Of a stretch of 64,000 bases of DNA, positions 30,514 to 40,483 are shown piece after piece. The stretch covers positions 3,735,833 to 3,799,832 of the forward strand of contig OZ245001.1 of assembly GCA_965223495.1 (NCBI GenBank), in the 5' to 3' direction. Each line of letters begins with the position of its first letter. The first letter of the stretch is position 1. The notes under the pieces were generated by a model. It searched no databases, had not been told where the DNA came from, and saw only the letters and a program-made list of their open reading frames with translations. The DNA is from Nitrospirales bacterium. Lineage in GTDB: Bacteria; Nitrospirota; Nitrospiria; Nitrospirales; UBA8639. The position numbers were made by a program, and so were the translations under genes.

Positions 30514-32160
30514 ATGAGCGCCACCGTCAGTTACACCGCACCGGAATGTGCCGCACCCAACACGCTCGATTCCCTCAAATGCCTGGTGTTGGACATCGCC
30601 CAACAACGTTCACTGAACGATTTGCTGTGGCTCATCGTGCGGCGATTAGCCGATCGTCCGACCGTGGTCCTGGCCAGAATTTGGTTGAGACGACCCGGCG
30701 ACATCTGTGATACCTGCCGCTTCAAAGAGGAATGTCCGGATCAAACCGAGTGCCTGCATCTGGTCGCCAGTGCGGGACGGTCGAGAGGGGCAGACAAAAC
30801 CGAATGGTCCAACACCGATGGCTACTTTGCCCGGTTCCCGTTAGGGGTCTGTAAAGTCGGGACGATCGGCAAGACCGGAGAGCAGCTCATCATCAATGAG
30901 TTGGACAAAAACCTGGAATGGATCGCCAAGCCCGACTGGGCCAAGGCGGAAGGCATCCGGGGGTTTCACGGACAACCGATTATCTACAAAGGCGAAGTCC
31001 TGGGCACCTTAGCCGTGTTCGATCGGGAGCCCGTCACGAAGGAAGCCACGGTGTGGTTCCGTATGATCGCCGATCATGTGGGCGTCGCCATCGCCAATGC
31101 CCGCGCCTTCGAAGAGATCGAACACCTCAAATCGCAATTGGAATTGGAGAACACGTTCCTCAAAGAAGAAATCCGGGAAGCGCAAAACTTCGGCGAGATC
31201 GTCGGACACAGTCCGGCCATCGCCAACCTGGTCGAACAAATCGAACTGGTGGCCCCCACGGATGCCACCGTACTCATCTCCGGCGAATCGGGCACCGGCA
31301 AAGAACTCGTCGCCCGCGAAATCCATCGAAACAGTCAACGCAAAGACCATCCGCTCGTGCGCGTGAACTGTGCCTCCATTCCCAAAGACCTGTACGAAAG
31401 CGAATTCTTCGGCCACGTCAAAGGCGCCTTCACGGGAGCCCTGAAAGATCGAGCCGGCCGGTTTCAAGCCGCCGATGGCGGCACGCTTTTTCTGGATGAA
31501 GTCGGAGAAATTCCCCTGGAGATGCAAAGTAAATTGTTACGCGTCCTGCAAGAAGGGGAGTACGAACGGGTGGGAGAAGAGAATACGAGAAAAGTAAACG
31601 TCAGAGTCATCGCTGCCACCAACCGTAAGCTGGCGCAAGAAGTCGAAGCCCGGCGATTCCGGCAAGATCTCTACTACCGGCTCAACGTCTTTCCCATCGA
31701 GGTGGCACCCCTCCGCAATCGTCCCGAAGATATTTCACTGCTCGCGCCCACCTTTATGGCTCTGGTGCGAAAAAAACTCAACTGTACCGGACGGGACTTG
31801 ACGCAAGCCGAAGTGTTAAAACTCCAAAACTACCACTGGCCGGGAAACGTGCGGGAACTGCAAAACGTCATCGAGCGCGCGGTGATCTCCTCACGCTGCG
31901 GCTCGGTCAAATTCGACCTCCCGGTCCCCAACACCAACGGCGGGGCAAGTAAGACCCCAATCAAAAAACCGGAAGTCAAACCCGATCAGGTCGTGACCGA
32001 TGAAGAACTCCGTCTCCGCGAACGGGAAAACATCGAACTGGCCTTGAAACAGACGGATTGGAAAATCTACGGCACCGGCGGCGCGGCCGAACTCCTCGGC
32101 CTCAAACCCACCACCCTCCTCTCCCGCATCAAAAAGATGGGGATCGTGAAGGTCGCGTGA
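30514..32160 (+). CDS. sigma54-dependent transcriptional activator (Cys-rich GAF - AAA+ - Fis HTH)
   Basis: GESGTGKE, ESEFFGHVKGAFTGA, GTLFLDEVG, WPGNVREL; C-terminal HTH. Confidence 0.96.
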   Translation: MSATVSYTAPECAAPNTLDSLKCLVLDIAQQRSLNDLLWLIVRRLADRPTVVLARIWLRRPGDICDTCRFKEECPDQTECLHLVASAGRSRGADKTEWSNTDGYFARFPLGVCKVGTIGKTGEQLIINELDKNLEWIAKPDWAKAEGIRGFHGQPIIYKGEVLGTLAVFDREPVTKEATVWFRMIADHVGVAIANARAFEEIEHLKSQLELENTFLKEEIREAQNFGEIVGHSPAIANLVEQIELVAPTDATVLISGESGTGKELVAREIHRNSQRKDHPLVRVNCASIPKDLYESEFFGHVKGAFTGALKDRAGRFQAADGGTLFLDEVGEIPLEMQSKLLRVLQEGEYERVGEENTRKVNVRVIAATNRKLAQEVEARRFRQDLYYRLNVFPIEVAPLRNRPEDISLLAPTFMALVRKKLNCTGRDLTQAEVLKLQNYHWPGNVRELQNVIERAVISSRCGSVKFDLPVPNTNGGASKTPIKKPEVKPDQVVTDEELRLRERENIELALKQTDWKIYGTGGAAELLGLKPTTLLSRIKKMGIVKVA

Positions 32161-32301
32161 TGGTTAACGACAATGAAATGAAAAATTTCAATCTTCATAT
32201 CGCTTTTAAGCTTACGCAATAGAAGAAAATTGTCTTGGGACGGGCCTTCACCTATAATGTTTCCTGAACCTGGTAATACCCATCAACGACGGGAAGAGGG
32301 C

Positions 32302-32529
32302 ATGAAGAAATTGAAAGCAACCGACGCTCTTGAACTTTCCATACCAGAGCGAATCCAATTGGTTGAAGACATTTGGGATACGATTGCTAATCAAGCAGAA
32401 GCCCTGGATCTGACAGAAGAGGAAAAGACCCTACTTGATGAACGGTTACAGGCCTATCATCAGAATCCTTCCGACGGTTCCCCTTGGGGAGATGTCTACA
32501 AGCGATTAACTCGCCAACATGGCCTTTAG
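32302..32529 (+). CDS. Addiction module antitoxin (TIGR02574-like)
   Basis: LSIPERIQLVEDIWDTI...LLDERLQAY. Confidence 0.88.
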   Translation: MKKLKATDALELSIPERIQLVEDIWDTIANQAEALDLTEEEKTLLDERLQAYHQNPSDGSPWGDVYKRLTRQHGL

Positions 32530-32824
32530 CTTTCTTGTTCGTCCAGAAGCGGAACAGGATCTGTCCGAAGCGTTTTATTGGTATGAAAGACAAAGAACCG
32601 GCTTGGGGCATGATTTTCTTTTACAGGTCGATGCAGGGTTTCGGTTTTTAGAGCGAACACCGTTGGTGTTTCCCGAAATCTACCGAGGGATTCGCAGACA
32701 TTTAATTAAGCGGTTCCCCTACAAAATTTTCTATATCCTAGAGGAGTCGACAGTCGTGATTGTAGCGGTTGTATACGGCGGTCGAGACCCACAGTGGATA
32801 AGGAGACGTCTTGATCCGACTTAA
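32519..32824 (+). CDS. ParE/RelE family toxin
   Basis: AEQDL.EA..WY; RFPYKIFY; overlaps the antitoxin. Confidence 0.9.
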   Translation: MAFSFLVRPEAEQDLSEAFYWYERQRTGLGHDFLLQVDAGFRFLERTPLVFPEIYRGIRRHLIKRFPYKIFYILEESTVVIVAVVYGGRDPQWIRRRLDPT

Positions 32825-32861
32825 ATAGAGTGCATTTGTTGACGATATCCTCATTCGAGAT

Positions 32862-33077
32862 GTGGTAAGAGGTGTTCGTGAGGCCATAGTGGTTGAGGAC
32901 TACCCTGATTACCCCAAGGGACCATGTGTCTTGGTGTTGCAGAAAGATCAAGAAGGGAGGCCGGTGCATGTCGTCTGGGGAATTCCCAAAGACGCGCATT
33001 CGCCAGCAGTGATAGTTACGGCGTATAGACCGAATACGCAACTATGGTCCGAGGATTTTAGGAGGAGAAGATCATGA
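32862..33077 (+). pseudogene. DUF4258 family toxin-like gene, N-terminally truncated
   Basis: [15 protein letters not shown]...P.HVVWG...VTAYRP; in-frame stop shortly upstream. Confidence 0.65.
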
Positions 33078-33289
33078 ACAAAAGAGCAACCGTCAAATTG
33101 TTGCGCGAGGGAGAATATGCCGCAGAGGTTGATGTGGAATTAATCGATTCAGACGTGGGGTGGGCCCCCTACTTATCCCTGGAGGATGCCCAAAAACTGG
33201 ATGAGGTTCGAATGGCTCTACGTCAGGAAGATCTCAAAAAAGCTGGGAAACTGGGCAGACTCTATAAACTCACCCCGTTAGTGGGGTAG
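33074..33289 (+). CDS. Small partner protein of the DUF4258 gene (putative antitoxin)
   Basis: 4-bp overlap; [11 protein letters not shown]...[14 protein letters not shown]. Confidence 0.75.
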   Translation: MNKRATVKLLREGEYAAEVDVELIDSDVGWAPYLSLEDAQKLDEVRMALRQEDLKKAGKLGRLYKLTPLVG

Positions 33290-33478
33290 ACGGGGCCTCC
33301 AGGACCTCGATCTTCGAGGGTGTGTACACGTCAGATAATTGAAGACAAGCGATAAACATTTCTCTGCCAGTTGCCTGGTGAATTTCGGTCTTTTCTCTCC
33401 TGAAATATTTCTTCCTCCACGTACCCTGTGGGAAATGTTACCGAAAAACTAGGATGTATCCTCCTCGTGAAAAGCAAG

Positions 33479-33625
33479 CGTCTCCGCGAACGGGAAAACA
33501 TCGAACTCGCGCTCAAACAAACGGACTGGAAAATCTACGGCGCCGGCGGTGCAGCGGAACTCCTCGGCCTCAAACCCACCACCCTCCTCTCCCGCATCAA
33601 AAAGATGGGGATTGTAAAGGCTTAG
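33479..33625 (+). repeat. Duplicated 3' end (HTH) of the sigma54 activator gene
   Basis: Closely matches 32011-32160 with synonymous changes. Confidence 0.92.
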
Positions 33626-34809
33626 CAAGAAATATTCTTCAACCTATATCTTGCAAGTAAGGTAAAGAAGTTGACTCGCCATGGGCTTTGTTTAGACCCT
33701 ACACAGCCCAGCCATCCCTCCGTTTGCTTTATTTAAGGTTGTTTCCTAATCTTTTTAATAGATGTTGTCTTCGCCGAAGTGTTTAGGAGAGAAGAAGACT
33801 GGGAATTCGTATGAAAAAAATATTCGAGGAAATTATTATATTGGCTCCATGCGATCTAAAGTGGACACTTGACGGAAAAAGATCTTCACATGGACTTGGA
33901 TAAAGGGCGATGGAATGGCAAAAGCAAAGAATCCCATAACATTCGCTCATGAGTTTGGAATTGATGAGGAAAATCTAAGAAGTTTAGGTGTTTTGAACGT
34001 TACTCTAGCAATTGATACGAAGTTATTCATTGATCCTTTGTTGTTAAAAAGAAGTAAGCACGCTGAGATATCGGGAATTGCAGCCAACCTATACCGACAG
34101 CATTTTGAGCAAGTAATAAAACTCCTCCGCGCAAGTAAGGCAGAGAATGATCCTGCCTGGAAGAGTGCCAAAAAATTACTGGCATTCCCCGAAATTAGGG
34201 GCACATGCCTGGGATATGGTGCTGGATCAATTCATGGCAGTGGCTTTGGTGATGGGCTATCTTCAAGAATCATTTCTGTAGCTTCACAAATTATTGATAT
34301 AGGAATAGAAGATCCGGATTTATTTTCGGCAATGGCCTTGTTTGAGCCAGATTTTGGCCCGGATAGAATCAGTGATATGACAACAAACATCATATTTGGA
34401 GCCCTAGCAGATTTTAACGAACGTTTATTAAAAATCTTAGGCTTAAAGGGGGAAGATTATACATACAAAAATACAAAGGGAACCTTCATTCTAAATCCTT
34501 ACGAAAAAAAGGATACTCCTATCATATTGTTACCAATAGATATTTTGAAAGATCTTCCTATTGCACATGATTGGGATAGTGTAGCTGATGCTGCAAGTAA
34601 GAATGATCAGCTTCGTGATGAAGTAAATCTTCACATTGCTTCTATTTGGGAAAAGAAAGCGAAACGGGACAAAGAGAGCCTTAAGAAAGAAGCATTGTCA
34701 AGCAAGAGAGCATTTGAGTTGCTGCTTTCTATAATGAACGATGTTTCCGCAAATCCTTATGACGTTGTCTCAGATCCCAACGGGTTGGTTAGATGGGCTA
34801 CTAAAGGCC

Positions 34810-36474
34810 CAGACTGTGTGAAAACTTCACCTACCCCATCATGCGCCATGCGCTAATCCGGGGAGCAACCCATCTCCTCTTGAGTTGCTTGTTGAGGCGA
34901 ACTATTTTGTTTTGTAGCCCCACGAGCCACCTGATGAGTCCCAGGCGGCGCTCATACGGTCCTAGTTGCGTGTATGAAGGCGTGCCTTACGCTTGGATCG
35001 CCTGGAGGAGTGGCTTCACGCCGAGAATCGACAGCATCCGTTTGAAGTTATACGCCAACACATGCAAACTCATCTCGGTGCGAACATGCTTGAGTGTTTT
35101 CATTTGGAAGTGGGTCGAGCCCATCCAGGCTTTTAAGGTCCCGAATGGATGTTCCACCGTTTGTCGTCGAATGCGCATCCGCTCCGGTTCTCGTTCAAGA
35201 CGGGCTTCGGCGGCCTCGAGCACGGCTTCATGTTCCCAACGTGTCACTCGCCGATAGGTCCCGGTCGTACACTGCGATTTGATGGGACAGTTGGGGCAAC
35301 GGGAGGACCAGTATTTGTAAAGCGTTAAGCCCTTCTCCTGTGTCTCGAACCGCCAGATGAGGCGCTCCCCTGCTGGGCATTCATACTCATTCTTGTCCGC
35401 GTGGTAGACAAAGTCGCGTTTGCTGAATAACCCTTTCTTCGGACTTCCCGATGTCTGCGGCTTGGGAAGATAGGTTGTAATCTTCGACTCCTCGCAGGCT
35501 AGAAGTTCTTCACTGGTGAAGTAGCCCCGGTCAGCCACCACCTCGAGTGTCTCTGCTCCGATGGCCTCCTTCGCTTGTTGCCCCATGTGGTGCAACTGGT
35601 GTCGGTCGCTGCCCGTATTGGTCACCTCATGGGCGACAATCAAATGATGCTCTGCATCCACAGCCGTTTGGACGTTATACCCGACAATGCCAGTGCCCCT
35701 CGTTTTCATTGATCGCGCATCGGGGTCCGTTAGGGAGAGTTGGTGGGCCGGGGCTTGACGCAGCTGGACTTCGAGCGATTTCAGGCGTTTCATTTCGGTT
35801 TTCAGTGCCGTGATCTTGTCCTCGAGCCGATGAATCTTGTCTTGGGCCATCGTCGCTTCTTGTCGATCCGCGCTGGCAAGCTGGCTCAGATAGCGGGCAA
35901 TGCTCTCATCAATCTGTTGCAACCGATGTTTCATCTTGGCGGCGGTGAAGTTCTTGTCTCGGTTATTGACAGCCTTAAACTTACTGCCATCGATAGCTAC
36001 AAAGGCGTCAGCAAACAGATTGAGTTTCTTGCACAGCACGAGGAACTCGCGACAGACCAAGCGAATGGCGGGGCCATTGTTCTTGCGAAAGTCGGCGATC
36101 GTTTTAAAGTCCGGGGCTAAGTGTCCGGTCAGCCACATCAGTTCCACGTTGCGGTGGGCTTCGCGTTCTAGACGACGGCTGGACTGTACTCGGTTGAGAT
36201 ACCCGTAGACATAGAGCTTGAGTAGGGTCCTGGGATGGTAGGCGGGGCGGCCCGTTTCCTCTGAATGGGTCTTGAAGCCCAGCCCGGAGAGAGCCAGCTC
36301 GTCAATGAAGACATCGATGACTCGTACCGCGTTGTCCTCAGCGATGTAATCATCCAACCGTTCGGGGAACAGGGTCGCTTGGTGGCGATCAGTCCCTTGA
36401 ATAAATCCGCTCATTCATCACACCTCCGTGGGAAAGTGCCATTATACTCTCCGGCGGAGTTTTCACACAGCCTG
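34810..36474 (-). mobile_element. IS1182-family element, copy 1 (intact)
   Basis: Terminal IRs CAG(A/G)CTGTGTGAAAACT; GGCC target duplication at 34806-34809 and 36475-36478. Confidence 0.95.
34987..36414 (-). CDS. IS1182 family DDE transposase
   Basis: LKLYVYGY...SSRRLE; PDFKTIADFR; IDGSK; TDPDAR; ADRGY; VEHPFG. Confidence 0.96.
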   Translation of the reverse strand: MSGFIQGTDRHQATLFPERLDDYIAEDNAVRVIDVFIDELALSGLGFKTHSEETGRPAYHPRTLLKLYVYGYLNRVQSSRRLEREAHRNVELMWLTGHLAPDFKTIADFRKNNGPAIRLVCREFLVLCKKLNLFADAFVAIDGSKFKAVNNRDKNFTAAKMKHRLQQIDESIARYLSQLASADRQEATMAQDKIHRLEDKITALKTEMKRLKSLEVQLRQAPAHQLSLTDPDARSMKTRGTGIVGYNVQTAVDAEHHLIVAHEVTNTGSDRHQLHHMGQQAKEAIGAETLEVVADRGYFTSEELLACEESKITTYLPKPQTSGSPKKGLFSKRDFVYHADKNEYECPAGERLIWRFETQEKGLTLYKYWSSRCPNCPIKSQCTTGTYRRVTRWEHEAVLEAAEARLEREPERMRIRRQTVEHPFGTLKAWMGSTHFQMKTLKHVRTEMSLHVLAYNFKRMLSILGVKPLLQAIQA

Positions 36475-37189
36475 GGCCATCAGTATGCTAAGCAGTTTCC
36501 TTTAAAATTCTCCAATACTTCAATAAAAACTATGGATGAAATATTTTCTATGGTTGAAGAAATAGTGACTCAGTTTCGTCAACTGATTGAACACAATGGT
36601 TTAAATAAAGAATTGTATGGAGGTAATAAAAAACCTCGTCATGAGTCTACGGCACAACGCCTGTTCTTTGCGGTGGCTTACTCCTATTGTAAAACAAATA
36701 ATGTAGACGTTTCCCCTGAGATAGATACAGGAAATGGACAAATTGACTTTAAGTTTGCAACTGGTTTCAAGGAAAGAGTACTTGTTGAAGTAAAATTATC
36801 AACTAATTCTAATGTCGTTCGGGGGTACACAACACAATTAGAATTGTATAAAACGGCTCAAGAAACATTGCGGGCCCTTTACTTGGTTATAGATGTCGGG
36901 GCAATGGGAAACAAATCTGATAATTTAATTAAAATAAGAAATGACGCTCGAGAACGAGGAGACCCATTATCAAGTCTCGAGTTTGTTGATGGAACTTTGA
37001 AAGTTCCGCCTAGCAAAAGAAAAGAATGACAAAATTCCGAATGTCCGCTTTTGACCGCTTACAATCCAATGCTGCCAATCCCAAAGCGTTTGGCAGAGAA
37101 GCTAGGTAAAGCACCAACATGCTTGAAGACTCTAACTGCACTAACGACGTGCAATTTTTTTGTGGTTTTAGAAAACCCAAATTAAAACA

Positions 37190-38308
37190 ATGAATCAAAA
37201 AAGGAAGCCCACATCAGGGACTACCGAGTTTTTTTGTCAATATATCGATGCGTTTGTCGCGCATGTCCAGCACGGGTCCTCTCCTCACATCCTGGAGAAG
37301 CTTCGTGTAGAGGTAAACAAGATTATGGGTATAAAGGGCATCTTTGGCCAGTTAAAGAACCTCGGCCAGGTCGAAAAGATCCCAGAACCCAAAAAGCTAG
37401 CCACAGACGAAACCCCTCATGCTGTAATTAACCCTAGTTGGCATAGACTCGCCATGGAACACTTGGCAGGCAGTTTCGGACGCTACGGCTTGGATGCGGT
37501 TTCCGGAATTGCAGAAGCGGCGTTATACGCCAATGCTCTAGCGACCGCCTTTGGAACCTACAACATTTACTATAGAGGTGAGCAACGATACGGTTATCCT
37601 TTACGAAGTCGCGCAGAGCGGAACTTGCCAAATGACGCTGGGCTGGCCGCGGGGCTAACGGAGCGCGAGGTCTGCGAACTTCGACGGTTTCAAGCAACTA
37701 TAAATAGCGATGCGGTGTTGGCGAAGGAAATTACCAAAACTATTCAATTGCCGGACGAAAATAATCCAATATGGCTACCCATCATTCAACACTATGATGA
37801 AGAATTTGGTACAAGGCTTCTGGACTTAAGCAGCTCGTTATTTACGGGACTCTACTTCGCATGTATTGGATGGGATGGTAAGATCGACTCAACACATGAT
37901 GGTTTGATGTACGTTTTCTTTCGGGGTAACGGGGGGCTCACCGTTCGTGGATTCTATTACGATGAGCAGCCTGATGAATTTGATGATGAAATGGACAACC
38001 TGGCACCCGATTCTGTGGAAGATAGTTTTAAAGATTGGGATCACCCGGAGGTACTGCGGATATACCGAGCATCGTCGAGTAGCGAACGAGAATTAGCACA
38101 GGATGGCTTATTTTTGGTAAAGGGCTCGCTCAGCTCAGGGCATGGATTTGGGCAAGGTTTTAAGTTTCGTGTGCCTGCTGAGGCAAAGGAAAAAGTCGCT
38201 CGCGAGCTTTGGATGGCGGGGTACACTCCGGAGCGAATTGTGCGTGGGCCGAAAGGCCGGTCAGCTCATAAGGAACTGGCAAGAATGTTGGGTGTTCCAA
38301 ACAAGTAA
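37190..38308 (+). CDS. FRG domain protein
   Basis: QHY...TRLLDLSSSLFTGLYFAC and R..AQ.G.F motifs. Confidence 0.82.
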   Translation: MNQKRKPTSGTTEFFCQYIDAFVAHVQHGSSPHILEKLRVEVNKIMGIKGIFGQLKNLGQVEKIPEPKKLATDETPHAVINPSWHRLAMEHLAGSFGRYGLDAVSGIAEAALYANALATAFGTYNIYYRGEQRYGYPLRSRAERNLPNDAGLAAGLTEREVCELRRFQATINSDAVLAKEITKTIQLPDENNPIWLPIIQHYDEEFGTRLLDLSSSLFTGLYFACIGWDGKIDSTHDGLMYVFFRGNGGLTVRGFYYDEQPDEFDDEMDNLAPDSVEDSFKDWDHPEVLRIYRASSSSERELAQDGLFLVKGSLSSGHGFGQGFKFRVPAEAKEKVARELWMAGYTPERIVRGPKGRSAHKELARMLGVPNK

Positions 38309-38740
38309 CGAATGAAATCCTGTCTGACACGATGATCGTTGCCGCTAGGTTGGGGCGAAAAATGACGCATCTCAAAAAAGAGGGGTCAAGTCTGTTGTTG
38401 AGAGTCTTGTCGGGAGGCAGTAGGACAAGAAAAGTTCCAAGAATCTTTTTTTGAAACTAATTAACCTAATCCTCCATTATCCCTACCGAACTCCTCCCTT
38501 ATAGCCCCACAACGCTCTTCCCTGAACCATTCTCCTCAAATATCCTTCTGTTAGTTCAAAGAATCCCAGTCCCTCCCATAGAAGGTGTGCAATTTTACAC
38601 TTTTAGCACCGAGCGAAATCGCACACTTCACGTTCTCTCCCATCAATTCGAGGACCGAATTAGAGGAACAGATAGAGAAAAACCGTATTTTTTCAGGGAG
38701 TTAGAGCGTGTGAACGAGAAAGGCTCCAATCAAATAATCT

Positions 38741-38756
38741 AGGTACATACTTTGCA
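38741..38756 (+). promoter_or_regulatory. Possible sigma54 promoter
   Basis: AGGTACATACTTTGCA (GG-N10-GC) ahead of the RBS of ORF 38785. Confidence 0.5.
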
Positions 38757-38784
38757 AAATATCACTTCATAAGGGAGGTGAACG

Positions 38785-38982
38785 ATGAATCCAATTTTTG
38801 ATCTTATAGTCATCGGCGTCATTGTCAGTATGGTCCTGGTCAATTTGTGGTCCGTGAGAGAGTCCCAACATACTGTTTCACCTTGGACTCAGCTGAAAGA
38901 GAAACTGCAAGACATCAGTCCATGGGGACCCAGCTCAGCGCTTTCTTCCTCCCATGGCGATGTGCAATTCTCTCAAGACTAA
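38785..38982 (+). CDS. Small single-TM hypothetical protein
   Basis: Strong GGGAGG RBS; hydrophobic N-terminus. Confidence 0.6.
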   Translation: MNPIFDLIVIGVIVSMVLVNLWSVRESQHTVSPWTQLKEKLQDISPWGPSSALSSSHGDVQFSQD

Positions 38983-39207
38983 ACCTCGTCCGTCTCAGAG
39001 AATGTCATGTGGTCAGCGGGGCTCTTCATTCTTCAATCATTCCCCCCGAATAACATAGCCTTCACCCTTCTGTTCTGAATCACCAAATTCTTCACACCCT
39101 CCCCGTATCGAGATGGTTCCCCTCATCCTGTTTGTGGTTTTCTTGCCTGATTTAGTGGTAGGTTCACCTCCATGTCTTTTTCTCCAGAATAATGAGCTAG
39201 GGTTGAG

Positions 39208-40401
39208 ATGTTGAATTTTCGGGATTTGTCGATAGGGAAAAAGGTGGGCCTGGGTTTTGGGGCCATCACCCTTATTTTAATGGGCGTGGTCTTGCTCACC
39301 ATTCAGCAGGTCACAACGATGGAGGTCATTACGAAGAGAGTGGTCGACCTTCGAACGCCCACGGCTCATGCCAGTCTGATGATGCTCAATGGCATCAACC
39401 ATTCCCTGTCTTCGCTGCGTGGGTGGATTATTCTGGGAGATCCAAAATTCCAGACAGAACGAGCGCTGGCCTGGGCAGAACAAATTAACCCATCCCTGAA
39501 GCAGATGCATCAGCTGGCTCCCCACTGGACAGATCCGGAAAATAAGGCCCGGTTAAAAACCATCGAGGGAAAGATCGATGAATTTAACAAGGTCCAACAG
39601 AAGATTGAAGACATCGCCCAAACCCCGGAAAATTCTCCTGCGCAACAAATTCTCTTCGATCAAGCGGAACCGTTGGAAAAAACCATCGTGGCCACCGTTT
39701 CGACAATGATCAAGCAGAATATGAAAGGCAAAATTTCTCACCAAAATAAGCGACTGCTAGAAATTCTCGCGAATATAGAAACGACAACCAGTCTGGCTTT
39801 GGAACGAGCCGATGAGTTTTTGTTATCTGGCAAACAAGAATTTAAAAAGGAATCTCTGGAAAACTGGGGGAAAAGTGCGGCGTCTCTGCAAGCATTACAG
39901 GAATTTGAAAAGAACTTCAGTCCAAAGCAGCTGAAGAATTTTGAATCTCTGCAAGATGCCCTCAATCAATTCGATCCTTTACTGAAAGACATTATCCGCA
40001 TCCGGTCAGGAGAAGATTGGAACCGGGCGAATTATTGGCTGAAAACTGAGGCTGCCCCTTTAGCCTTTCGAATCAAAGGGCTCTTAAATGAAATGACGGC
40101 GGTTCAGGAGCAATTGCTGGAAGATGATGTTGAGGAGATTTCCAGCCGCACGCATTATTTAATCGTTCTGTTAGTGGCCTTGTTTGTGACGGCGGCACTG
40201 ATTAGCGGCCTGTTGGGGGCCAATATCACTCGCTCAATCAGCGAACCCATCCTGGATATTTGCAAACAGGCCGATGAGCTGGCGCATGGAAAGGACACAA
40301 CAAAACGCCTCCCCGTTCGTTCCCGAAGTGAATTGGGCACCTTGAGCCAAAGTTTCAACCGACTGTTGGATCGATTGCAGAAAGAGCAGTCACGAGATTA
40401 A
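39208..40401 (+). CDS. Membrane sensor: four-helix-bundle periplasmic domain + HAMP, no output domain
   Basis: Two TM segments; HAMP (ISEPI..I...ADELA.G...ELGTLSQSFN); ends right after the HAMP. Confidence 0.82.
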   Translation: MLNFRDLSIGKKVGLGFGAITLILMGVVLLTIQQVTTMEVITKRVVDLRTPTAHASLMMLNGINHSLSSLRGWIILGDPKFQTERALAWAEQINPSLKQMHQLAPHWTDPENKARLKTIEGKIDEFNKVQQKIEDIAQTPENSPAQQILFDQAEPLEKTIVATVSTMIKQNMKGKISHQNKRLLEILANIETTTSLALERADEFLLSGKQEFKKESLENWGKSAASLQALQEFEKNFSPKQLKNFESLQDALNQFDPLLKDIIRIRSGEDWNRANYWLKTEAAPLAFRIKGLLNEMTAVQEQLLEDDVEEISSRTHYLIVLLVALFVTAALISGLLGANITRSISEPILDICKQADELAHGKDTTKRLPVRSRSELGTLSQSFNRLLDRLQKEQSRD

Positions 40402-40483
40402 GTGTAAAAACTTGTATTTTTTTTCAGACAATGTCAGATGAAATCGTGCAAGGATATGGATCCTCCTATACCATCCTTCGGCT

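Larger units (their letters stand above)
33915..37029 (+). pseudogene. Large protein with a C-terminal PD-(D/E)xK-like nuclease, interrupted by IS1182
   Basis: Removing 34810-36474 plus one GGCC rejoins ...RWATK-GHQYAKQ... in frame. The C-terminus has E..TGNGQIDF...VLVEVKLS. Confidence 0.85.

Noticed and set aside
36265-36478. N-terminus of ORF 36265-37029 as a real gene start
   Set aside because: It is antisense IS sequence; only the part after 36478 belongs to the interrupted nuclease gene.
38302-38355. attC site after the FRG gene
   Set aside because: TAAC...GTT is present, but R'' does not fit RYYYAAC and the L boxes do not pair.
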